In this document: positions 41,140 through 53,400 of the stretch, piece by piece
Numbering within the stretch: the first letter of the stretch is position 1
How the letters are laid out: the number at the start of each line of letters is the position of its first letter
NCBI RefSeq assembly: GCF_036588685.1
Contig: NC_086384.1
Span: 40,300,001 to 40,364,000 of the forward strand
Origin: Mytilus trossulus
Lineage: Eukaryota
DNA length: 64,000 bases
Reading direction: 5' to 3'
Made by a program: the position numbers and the translations under genes
The notes under the pieces: model-generated
Told to the model about the DNA's origin: nothing
Seen by the model: the letters and a program-made list of their open reading frames with translations, nothing else
Databases searched by the model: none

Positions 41140-44100
41140 TGACATTCCATTTTCCATGCATGGATACACATATAAAATATATATAACATGAAATTTTGTC
41201 ATAATCTGATTTATATTCAAAAATCGTCATGTCAGTGGGCAAAACTATTTTAATTTCACTCTAGTATTAATAGATTGTATTTGCTTATCTTTATTGTATA
41301 AATATTTGTGGGCTTTATTTTAAGTGTTTACATATAAGGGCTAGTTGTCATCCATCATCATGTGGCTTAACACGGATGTGAGGATTGACCATCGGTAAAC
41401 TACCGTTACCTCTAATTCGTCATGTGCTTAAAGTTAGCCGTCCATAGTATTATCATTTAACGCTTTTAATTTTGTTGCAACACAAACGCTTTTCGACAAT
41501 TAATATCTTTTGACCTCGTGATTCAAATATTTTAACAACATCCACTCAATATACATTTTTGAAATCATTTCTTTGAAAATATCCAACATTTAGTTGCTAT
41601 TTCCATAGAACTTTTTTTATGTGGTACAGACAAAATTAGTATTGAAATATTTTTTTTTTTTTTTTAGAAATATGCATATTTATATATGACATTCAAAACG
41701 ATTCTTTGATTAATATTGCTGTATCCTTAATTGTGTTCTTATTCAACTGGTTACTTAAACATAATGTATTTATTGTAGATAAAAAAATCAAATTGTACCT
41801 AATTATATAAAATTGCTTTCACATTGAAATTTGGATATTGTAAATAGTTTGAGAGGATAATGTTAGGTTTTTATAACTTGTATTCAATCACATTGTATTT
41901 ACACACTAAAATATGTTTACTCTAAGCTAAGATTGTTGTATAAAAAATAAGGCAATAGTAGTATACCGTTGTTCAAAAGTACTGTATCGATTCAGAAGGA
42001 AAAAAACAAATAAGTGCGACAAACTTGAACCGTTGGAAAAACTACAACTGTCAGAGAAAAAAAATGGCACAACTGAACCACGGAAGTGCAACAAAAACCA
42101 AACGCCAACATACATAGACGCGGATTATTTGTTAACAACTGCTATATTCCTGTCTTATCCAAAAATTTTGAGTTGAACCTTGTTTTAAAACTAGCCAAAC
42201 TAGTAAAACATTCAAAACAAAAAATAAACAAATGAAGTTGTGATAAACCTCAAAGGTGTAACCAAACCTTTACTAGGAATCAGAGCAATATATGCATAAC
42301 GGAAATACATTATCATTACTATCATTATTATTATTAAACTATCTTTGTAAGAAAACACATATATAGACGTCCTTAACATAAAATTTTGTCAAGATACCAA
42401 CAATAATCACGGTTATTTCCCTTTCCATGTAACTATGTGTGGTCAATTACAATGTTCCTATAAGGCTACAATGAAGTTATTCTTTATAAGGCAACAATGG
42501 ATATCTATTGTTTCTGCGTTTTCACTACAAAAAATGCCTTGGAAAAAATGTAAATTACAACACTCTTATGTCCGAATAAAACCGAAAAACATATTTAGTG
42601 CCCAGCCTGATTAAAAACAAATACTAACACATAAAACAGTTAACATTGTTTGTGTAGTGGTTTGTAACTCTTTTTTAATATGCCCTAAACTTTGTCTGAA
42701 CTCTCTCGTGTATCTTAGAAAGTTCTATTTATTATTTTGGGCAATAATTTGGAAATTGACTTTTTTCCTTAAAAATTTTTAAAAGTGCTATCTCGTTTTG
42801 TCTGGAGATTTAAATTACATTATTCATAAAAGAAACTATTTTTTAACACATTTTCTAAAAAGGTGCCACCAAATACTCATCAATTTCATGTTTAAATAAC
42901 CACATAAACCTGATGAATTACACAATGATTTGTATGAACAAACCACAAATATAGTTACGTTTCAACTCTTTTAAAAGTAAACATATTTACCACAAAATTA
43001 AATGTAATGTTTAAAAATGCAACGCGATCATTAGATTATGCTAATTAAATAAGAAAATACTAGTTTATTAAATTTTTAAAAATCCAAAGTCGATTAAATC
43101 GATTCTAATCGAAGTAAGCGCATTCTGGTCCGCATTAACCTCATTTCAAATATAAGGGCTAAAGATGATAAATAATACACAGTTCCATCATTTTAGATTA
43201 TAGTATTTCATATTTATCACTTGATATAAGTCACCTCAATCTATAAACATTAAATTTAAACTAAAAAACAAAATGATATGTTAAATACTAGTAATTGTTA
43301 CAAAGCTGTCATCTGTCACATTCCAATAATTGTCAGAATAATTAAAAAAAAATTTGTACGTTACCGTTCTTTTACGAATGTGGAGCATTGTCACAACAAA
43401 ATGTTCTGACAAATGGTAATCTAGCACTGTCTTAGACTATACAGACTTCATGAGCAGGGGTGTGTTCTTTTCATTAGATAAAGGTAACAGTAGAATACAG
43501 TTGTTTAATAGTTGTCAATCCATTAAGCGAAAACAAATCGGAGTTTCATACCAAAGCCGAGTGAAACACATTTACTATAACATGAAAACAACGGAACAAC
43601 AGAAACACTGAACAGCTACAAAACAAACGCCATCATCATGATAATATATATGAGCAGATGTGGTTTAAGTGCCAATGGGACAATCTCAATCTAAGTGAAA
43701 ATTTTATAGGTCAAAGTATGGTCTTCAAACATAGAAAAGGACTTTTTAATAACATCTGCCATTTTCCTGGCAAGGAACATGACATTTGAAGAAAAATGTG
43801 GGTTAAACCTGGTGTTATAGCTATTCAAACCTCCCGCTTATATAGCAATGTTACAAAACTGCCCAAATTTACTATAAAGAAGAAGTAAAATATACGGTCA
43901 ACATCACAATTTTGTTGACTGATACGATAAATTTGTCTCTCAATTCACTGGCTCCGTGTGTTAAAAGTCTTAATTCTATAAGTTGATAGGGTGTATTTTT
44001 CCGTTTCGGATTTGGAAATAGCAGGTAACAATCGGTTTAGATATTTAGTCAAATGTGCAAATTTCGACATTTGTATATAAATATTTAAGAATTATCATTT

Positions 44101-44530
44101 TAACATAGAACAATATATGATTTATCATATTTACGGCTGAATTTTACGAAAAATTATTGATAATCTGATTAATTTTCTCAGCCTTGCCACATAAGAAGAG
44201 GTGACTCAAACAAAGAAACTTTGATTAGAGGATGTGTAGTAAATACACCTATTTTATTTTGTGACAAGAAAGCGAGTCTGGTGATTTATTTAAAAGCATA
44301 TAATAAGAGCTATCTTTACTTATTTAATTTTTAAATTCTCATGCATATTCTATACTCAGTAGTCATCACTTAAGTTATAAGGTCGTGTATATAGATCTAT
44401 TGTTTTCAAAATTCGAAATATTACGGATTTCTTATCCCAAGTGTATATTACCTGAGCCGTATTTGGTATAAACTTTTGGAATTTTTGGTCAACTTTGCAC
44501 TTGTTTGAATTTAAAACTAGTTGGATCTGA

Positions 44531-44574
44531 TCATCCCTGATGAGTCTTATGTTGACGAAATGCAGGTCTGGCGT
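44531..44574 (+). ncRNA. Degenerate hammerhead motif (core intact, stem I disrupted)
   Basis: tcatcc-CTGATGA-gtcttatgttgac-GAAA-tgcag-GTC-tggcgt. Confidence 0.45.
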
Positions 44575-44577
44575 ATC

Positions 44578-45130
44578 AAATAAAGGCAACAGTAGTATAC
44601 CGCTGTTCAAAACTCATAAATCCATGGACAAAAAACAAAATCGGGGCAACAAACCAAAACCGAGGGAAACGCATTAAATATAAGAGGAGAACAACGACAC
44701 AACACCGAAACGCAACAGCACACAGAAACGGACCAAGCAACAGACAATACACCACGAGAATAACAAATATAACATCAAAACCAAATACATGAATATGGGA
44801 TAGACAAGTACCGTGCCACGTCTTATCTCAAAAATAAGAGAAAACAGAAACGACTCAACGTTAAAATGCAACACACACACAGAAACGAACAATATTATAA
44901 CAATTGCCATCTTCCTGACTTGGTACAGGACACTTTTAAAGGGAAATAAAAGTGGTGGGTTAAACTGGTTTTAAGGCATGCCAAACCTCGCACTTTAATG
45001 GCACAGTTAAATATAACATTAAAATGAAAACAAAAAATTACAGGACTACAATACAAATAAAAAGCAGAACATATTAGACAAAGAAAAGCATGATCAATAG
45101 ATAACAAAAAGCATCAGGTTTAAAATTCAA
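44578..45130. repeat. Young dispersed repeat, copy 1
   Basis: The first ~380 bp (AAATAAAGGCAACAGTAGTATACCGCTGTTC...AAAAGTGGTGGGTT) are nearly identical to 46901-47285. Older relatives lie at ~38330-38535, 41945-42200 and 43480-43860. Confidence 0.9.
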
Positions 45131-45803
45131 TACGCCAAAGTCAATGTTACACCAGCTGTAACGTGAATAAAAGCCCGATGACCTATATTCTTATTGTATT
45201 CTTGAAAAAGCATGTGATAAACTGCATCTTGACAAATTATCATAACATGCTATGGATTTTAATATAGACACCCCATCTACCTAAACACCAGAATTTTGGT
45301 CTTTTTTGCATAAGCGTCGATGTTGTCCTATTAATAACTGCTCCATGTTGACTAAGCGTGGATTCGCTTGACTGGTGATGAATTCTCAAACGGAGACGCA
45401 TACCTTGTCAAACGATCTGATCTCGTTCGTCTTGGTCATCTTCAATTATTTTGTGTAACCTTGAGAATCAGTGTCCCGCTATGCATGCATATACCGCGTT
45501 TCGAGTCCACGCTTAGCCAGAAAGTCACACTCAGGGGAAAATACAGTCAGTCAAATAACAGATTAGACGAGTGTACTGGTATCTAAGCAACATAATCCCC
45601 GACTTTATGTTACAAGTGAGTCGAGAAACCGACATATCATATCGCTTAAAGATATGTAGCGTTAATTTTGTCGTTCTTTTTCATGTCTCTGTTTGAGCAG
45701 TTTCTGAGTAAAGACAGTCATGTAGTATTTTTTCAACTTAAAAGTTAATGTTTTGAATGAAGCGTTGGAAATTGAACATCTGAAACTCCAATTCATATAT
45801 TAC

Positions 45804-45903
45804 CAGTATCAAAATTCGGGCTACTTGGCATACTTGACATTCTCGCCGACGTGCTGTCTGCTGACAAGCAAACCCAAAATAGTAGTAATACTGAAACTTT
45901 CAT
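45804..45903 (-). other. Possible short signal-peptide-only first exon (phase 1)
   Basis: MKVSVLLLFWVCLSADSTSARMSSMPSSPNFDT-G|GTAATA; 100 nt, phase compatible with exon 2. It lacks GAP-x3-C, and its ATG sits at the edge of a dispersed repeat. Confidence 0.25.
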
Positions 45904-46900
45904 ACAAGTGGGAGGTTTAACTGTTATACCATGTTTAATCCACCATTGTATTACTGTTTCAAAGTAGCGATATGACAGCTGTTCACTTCTTTCGATGGGA
46001 GAAACCTTCATAATAGTCGATTTTATTAACCCCTTCCTGTAATTTCGCAGCTGATTTAGCATTCCGTACGAGTATTTTTAACATGAATGCATTGTTAGTG
46101 GTCATCAAACCCAAATGTTTAATACCAGGAACTATTACATAATTCACATTAACAACGACATCTTTTTAAAAAAATAGAAGGAACGCCTTATGCGGTTAAC
46201 CTCTGAATAAAAAGTTCTGTCATGTCAACTGAATATTTCATATTGTTAGCACATCAAATTAATATAATGCAACTCTGAACAATTAAGATTCCGATATAAA
46301 AAAAAATCATTAAGGACTTTCGATCTAGTGTGATAAACTCAGGTGACCAATAGAAGAGATACATGAGACGATAGTCAAACACATAAGTTGTAACCGAACT
46401 GACAAGACCATGGTATGTTTGGTTAAATATAAAGTGTTAGGATCAGTTACTCTTGATATTCTTACAAACGAAGAGAAAGTCATAAACAATTTCAAAATGC
46501 TCTTATTTATTCCTTAGATTGTTTTTGCACTAAACAACTAATGTAAACAATAAATAATTATTATCAACAAACTTGATATCAACAATATTAATCAGAACTT
46601 TAATAGTTTTAAATAATCAAACAGTTCACAAGTCGTAAATCCACAACTAACCGTGTATTAAAATAAGCCACGTTTCCCTACTAACCTAATATTGTATATA
46701 TACGGTCTCAACGAGGTCGCTTTTAACCAAATTGAATCATATTCCTATATTTGAATCTATAAATGTATAGGAGGTAAGAAAAATGTTGATATACATGAAT
46801 CTTCACATTCGCAACATCTTCAATGTTAATGTATGCCATAAGACTTGTAGATGTAATCAATCTATAAAATTGAAAAGACAATACAATGATGGAATAAAGC

Positions 46901-47285
46901 AAATAAAGGCAACAGTAGTATACCGCTGTTCAAAACTCATAAATCCATGGACAAAAAACAAAATCGGGGCAACAAACCAAAACCGAGGGAAACGCATTAA
47001 ATATAAGAGGAGAACAACGACACAACATCGAAACGCAACAGCACACAGAAACGGACCAAGCAATAGACAATACACCACGAGAATAACAAATATAACATCA
47101 AAACCAAATACATGAATATGGGATAGACAAGTACCGTGCCACGTCTTATCTCAAAAATAAGAGAAAACAGAAACGACTCAACGTTAAAATGCAACACACA
47201 CACAGAAACGAACAATATTATAACAATGGCCATCTTCCTGACTTGGTACAGGACACTTTTAAAGGGGAATAAAAGTGGTGGGTTG
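46901..47285. repeat. Young dispersed repeat, copy 2
   Basis: Near-identical direct copy of 44578-44961; explains the near-duplicate ORFs 44674-44910 and 46997-47290. Confidence 0.9.
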
Positions 47286-50099
47286 AACATTTGATCAGTA
47301 GCCTGTAAGATTTATTTAATTTACACATTTTGTATTTTGGGGTCACCTCGATGGAAGATGGTAAGTGTTAGACAACAGACTATGGTGATACATGAAGTTA
47401 TGGATGGGTATTACAAAATTAAGGATAATGGACAAAAAAGAACTAAAACTAGAGAAAGAGAAAACATTGGCAAAATAGAAAAACAAACGAGAATAGTTAG
47501 TTTCTAGATTATGTAGTATACGGAATGATTGAATAGCAAAGTAAGGAATACAGAAACATTGTCTAAAACACGTGAAACAGAAATTAAGACAACACACCAA
47601 TTGTAGATCTAGAAAGATGTTTGAAAGAAGGAGGCATGCCTAGTATGCCTATATTTACCTGAAATGGGACGGAAACTTGGTCATAATTTTAAGTTTCAAA
47701 ACAGTAATATTCTTTATCCTTAAAAAATGTTACTTAAATTGTGGTCAAACTGGCCTTTAAAATGAATTCATTTGAACAATTTACCTGGAACAAAACAGTG
47801 CATTTTTTGTTAACACATTTTACGTTCATATGATACACATGCAGCAATGAACTGACAAATTGAAAAATTGGACAAACAAGACTAAGATAAAATTTGCATC
47901 TGAAGAGTGTCTGAATAAATAATATTTAACACATGCACTGTCATCCCTAATAAGTAAACGATTATGAATATCATACGTTAAGTCAGTAATTGAATATCAT
48001 TACTGTACCATAAAGAATAAAATACAATGCTTTCAGGAATTGAGATTTCCCGAAATTGATAAATCACATAGGTGACCGAGTATGTTTTTGTGTAAAACAA
48101 ATGAAAGAAAGAACCATTATGAAACAAACACATCCAGCATGTCCAATATACGAGAACTACAACGATTCTGTTTGGTGTCATGGTTATAAAATATGCTCGG
48201 TCTATTTACATAAATTAACGTAGATGAAAGAGAAAATATAATTTATGATAGATTATTAGGAGACAAAAACGCATGATTTATAATTATAATTATTTATACT
48301 AAACTTATTCTTCCTGTCAGACGGCAAATTTACTACCTAGAACCTAATTTATAAGGTGGTACGTATACATAACGATAAAGGGAGATGACTCTGTAAAATC
48401 AGATGAACGTTTTAATCACGTTCTATTGAGAAGGAAATATTGAGTTTCTAAATGATCAACATTAGTTTTTCTCAGAATGTTATATTTTCAATGTAATTTG
48501 TCCAATAAAGTGTATGGTTCAACTTTTCTGAAATATATATGTTTGTCAAAGGGTCAATGTTGATATTTTATAAAATTGTAACGGTGTTTGCATTGGTACT
48601 CTTGCATATTATATATTTTGAGTAATGTTTTATGACATGGTATTCAGAAGCCAAAGTACAAGTGTATGTATACATTTGTGTTACATAGATTTATTTCTGG
48701 CAAACTATAATGACTTTTTTTAATATCCTATGTCTAAAACTTCTTTGTTTAACGAATTCTCAGAGTTTGACCAAATCATTCAAAAGTTAACTTAAAGATT
48801 TGATATTTTAGTCGCACTTCAGTGGTATAGGTTGAGAGACATAAGCCCGAAAGCTACTACTGTGGATTTCCCCCAGGTTTCTATGTAAAGAAATGATCAT
48901 ATCTTGTTCATGTGTATGAGGTAGCAGTACACTGATGAAACTTGAGATCGGTACTAACCCGAATAATACTCTGTTATTTAGCACGATGTTCTTTTTATTA
49001 AACCCCATCTAGACCCTTATTCAGGTGACATTTGAGATCGGTTTATTTGTTTGTACTCACCAAAATAATACTCTGTTATTTTGCACATTATACTCTATTT
49101 TGTAAACCCCCCAATGAACCTCCTTCATGGGGAAAATGTCACTAATAAATAACAAATGTTAGGAACAATAAAATACAACTTTATGTTGACAATTATATCA
49201 TTTTACTTGTAGATTCGCCGGACATTCATTACTTAAGACGAAGAAAAAAGACTTTTAGTACAATTTATTCCTAATATTACACAACTGCAAAAAAAAAGAG
49301 GTAGTAGGAACCATGTGGATACTCAGACGCATAAGTCGAAGAAAACAGACATGATAGAAAATGCAACTAATATAATTTCTTTTCACATTTGAAAAACAAT
49401 TAACAATACAGAACAGCACTTCAGAATATTTTCAATGTATGATAAGAACACTATTCGTATCGCAATATCTGAAATAGAATTAGATATAAACCCATGGAAT
49501 CGTATTATTGTTGCATCTAAAGTACAAGAAACAACATTTAACGGTGACAGTTTAAATAAAAAGTCTGCAGGGTCTTGTTTACCATTTGTATTACGTGTAA
49601 ATCGTCTTCTATATACTAAATTTAGACTTTTATCATCCCATAACGTTACGGTATGTCCGCTTTTCTTCCATTATTCAACAGAGGCTTAGGTTATTATATC
49701 AATAAACTTACCAACTGGATGCATGTACCAGACTTAAAATTTTGTACTCCTGACGTGTGTTTTGTATACAAAAGACTCATTAATGACACTCGTTTCAAAA
49801 AAGTTCGAAAAAGTTAAATATAGTTCAAAGTTGAAGAACATTTAGATTATAAATTCCGAGATGTTTTACTAAATTTAGCTACTGAAATCTGTTCCTTGGG
49901 TAGAAACTCAATATTAATTTGAAAAACTGCAATCTTTTGTGAACATTTAGTTTATAATTAGGACCACCGAATGCTGACTTTCAAAACAATGATCTTAGAT
50001 AAAAGAAAACTTTCACTTTTATAAATAATATTCCTTATACAATTATTAAACCATATAATGATATCACGCGAAATCACGCGGTAACTAAGAATACATTAC

Positions 50100-50358
50100 C
50101 TCTGATATAGTCCTGTTTTGGCTTCATTTTTGGTAGAGTTAAATTTTTGTATTCCAGTTTACTAACTGTTAATGTGTAATTCATTTCAGAATTGTTCATT
50201 GGAAGATACTGTCCCATGTGTGTTTCATTTAAAACTTTCGTATGGAAAGTTGCAGACGACAGACAAGTGTTAATTGGTGCTCCATTCCAAAAACAATATA
50301 CAGTTGTTAAACAGACGATCACAAGAATTTCAGTAACTTTTGCCAATTTTTTCAGCAT
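50100..50358 (-). CDS. Variable first exon V2: signal peptide + N-terminal Reeler segment (predicted 242-aa isoform if spliced to exons 2-4)
   Basis: MLKKLAKVTEILVIVCLTTVYC-FWNGAPINTCLSSATFHTKVLNETHMGQYLPMNNSEMNYTLTVSKLEYKNLTLPKMKPKQDYIR-G; 259 nt (phase 1); donor AGAG|GTAATG. Clearly paralogous to V1 (NGAP-x3-C, N-x-TH-x-G-x-Y-x-P, terminal IR|G). Confidence 0.8.
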
Positions 50359-50420
50359 CGTGGATATTTTTCAAGGAAGATTGTTAGAAATGGACGAACA
50401 CTTGGAACCTGTTATACGGT

Positions 50421-50430
50421 GTCACGTGAT
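50421..50430. promoter_or_regulatory. E-box GTCACGTGAT upstream of V2
   Basis: TCACGTGA about 65 nt 5' of the V2 ATG, among several TGACA/TGTCA motifs. Confidence 0.3.
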
Positions 50431-53400
50431 ATTATGCCAAATTGACATGAGCGACACATCAATTAGTAAGAAATGTCATTCTCTTGTCAATGAGACATGT
50501 TGATTAAATGTCAATTACAAGCAATTGCACTATATATAACAAAGTAAGTTTGAGGAAATACAATGGACGGATTCTTGTCATTCAATTGAAATAATATGTT
50601 TTTCCCAAGGACACCCATAATACATATATATATAAATCTAAACGATTAAATGCAATTTACAAGCATGCTGTACATAATCATAGTACTTCCGGCGTGAGAA
50701 CGGTGCTGGAAAGTTAGTCCCACTACCAATGCATGAAGGTCTGAACTGGGGGGGAGGGGGATTTCCATTTCCTTATTCTTTCAGTCATGTTTTCTATCAT
50801 TTTTACCTTTTTGGCCATTATTTTCTATTCTTTATTTTTAGGTGTTTTTTTTGTCTTAATATATTCTTTATATTTGTGCCCATAAATTTGGATGATTCAG
50901 GGGGAACTAATTCAAATAACGAAAAATACAAATTGCACACACATTTATTCTAAAGAAAATAACCCTTTATTATACCCCCTTAACATTTATAATTTAAACA
51001 TTGAATTTAACTAGTTTAAACCTGTGTGAATGCAACCTAATTAGCTGACGAACTGATTTATGGAAATTGAACTTGCTTATTATGTAAAAAAACTAATGAT
51101 ATATTGAACCTAGAACGTATACGTGTCTTCAATATAAGCCAAGGTGGGAGTGTTAACGGACATATATAGGTTTTTTCCATTCTTTGCATATGTTGTGATG
51201 CATTTATGTGAAGAAGAAGTAATGAAATATAGGTCACAGAGGTTATTCTTAAGCTACAGGTTGTAAAAATATAAATTATATATGGATTATACAAAGAACA
51301 AGCGTCAGTGTGTTAATAAAAAGTAAACTAAATGATAGAAATAAGCTGCTTTCAGAATATGAGAAGAAAATGAGTTCGACGTCCTTCTCCCCCTGCTTTT
51401 AAATAAAACAGAAGAAAAAAAATTCTGTCGATTCCTTTATCTTTTCTTTTTATTTTCAGAGTTACTTCCCCTGAGTACAAAAAAAATAAGATTGAAGAGA
51501 ATTTGTTATTAGACATTTTGTAACAGGTGTTTGTCTTCAATATCTAATAAATCAAAAGTAATTACATAAGTATGAATATTCAATAACAATCACTTGAAGT
51601 AAAATAACGATATTTAGTAATATACAGAACAAAATAAAGACATTTTACAAGATTTCATACCTGCCCCCGGCTAACAAAGACAAGCCTTCAATAATAAAAA
51701 ACCTCAAATTTGATAATTTTATAATCATAAATGTCAAAGGATATTAATTATACATCACGATTGACAAGCTAATTCACAGGGAGTTTTCTTTTCAGTGACG
51801 CCATGACAATAAATGGTACAACTAGTCATATTCGTGGTTTACGTACAAACAAAAAGGCGATATTGACTACAATGATTTTTTTCTGTATAAGCGGTCATAT
51901 AAGAAAGAAAAAATCCCAAGCAGCATGGTTTTTTTTTTTAACTTCAAATATTTTTAATTGATTTACATTACATGTGTTAAATGTACATGTAGAGGGCGTC
52001 GCAGTTTATCTTTAAATAAGTCTTGTCTCATAAATTTGTGGTGAACACATGCATATTTCTGGCATACGACTGTCACACATTATTGTTTATGTCATATTTC
52101 ACTACTATTCTTTATTACATACCAAAAATAAATTGTGCAGTATAATACATGTAAATTATGATCTATTATTATACAACTTTTTCTCTAGCATTCAAGAAAA
52201 ATCAGGTCCATTTAAAAAAAAATCAAAATTTACCATTGTTTCAACCAATGCTTTGTCGAGTGTTTCACTCCATCACTAAACTACTCTTCAAATCGGAATT
52301 TCCAGTCTTAAATTATGTAAATAAATTATATAAACATGTACATGTATACTGTACATGAACTGCACTGGTTGATACTTTAGTCTGAGAGAACGTGATTATA
52401 AATATATTTCTTAGTTGCAATTGGCCTTTTTTAACTAGCTTCCAGTACAGGAAACTGCAGGTTCTCTTAATTATGGCGATATTTGGTGTCGGTTGTTCTA
52501 ATTTTTGCTGATTTTGTGTTGCGTATTCATCTCTTGAGTTTATTTAATTGCAACTGATTTTTGACAGTTTGTTCTTATTGTGTGATGTTGCGCTGCTGTC
52601 CCAGATTATAAAGAGGGTTTAACACCCACAAACATGCTTAACCCCGCTACGTTCTGTATGTGCGTAAGTCAGAAGTTAAAATTGTGTTGTAGTTCTCCAG
52701 TTTTAAAAAAGATTCACGCTTTTCATGTCGGGGTCTTTTATAGATAACAATACGGTATGAGATTTTTTTTTCATTGTTGAAGGTCGAGCAGTAGTATATA
52801 ATACTTGCTAATGTTCATTTCATTTGACCTCTGGTTGATAGTTGTCTTGTTGACAATCATAGAACATCTCGTTAATTTTATGTTTCAAGATACACAAAAC
52901 AACAAAATAAAGTTTGTTTACATCATCAAGATAACATTGTTCTGATTGTAAATAACTAAATGACATGCTTCAGAACATATGTATGTTCTACTTAAACATA
53001 TACCATTCATGTATAAATCTTATTTCCTTGTGCATGACGTACCTTGTCAATCTAATTGGTTTTTCCTAATGACTTTAAATTGAAAAAAAAACTCAATCTT
53101 TCCTATTTTGGCCATCGCTTTAAGCATGTTCAGAATAAGGGAAAAATACGACATGCCGAAATCTAATAGTTCATCTTTTGACAACTTTACAGTCATAAAG
53201 CATGTCAGTCATACATATACTAGTCAACTATAAAAACGATACAAGGCAATGAATTATCAATATATAAGAAAAAACACATCGTTTAAACACCAACAATGTA
53301 AACACTCGCCAATTGGTAAATGTATCATGTTTACAAAGTTGCTTTCTCACCAAAACATATAAATTAAGACAAAAAACTCTACATTCTTGATTTGTTCGTA

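Noticed and set aside
47343-47650. Coding-looking purine-rich stretch and ORF 47343-47600
   Set aside because: Multiple stops on the plus strand and low-complexity translation on the minus strand; no motif.
49040-49145. Minus-strand AG...GTGAGT-bounded segment downstream of V2, considered as a private exon 2
   Set aside because: In the phase required by V2 it reads VTFSP-stop, lacks the FRGF/THT/W-x-PP motifs, and is part of a small local duplication (48940-49110).
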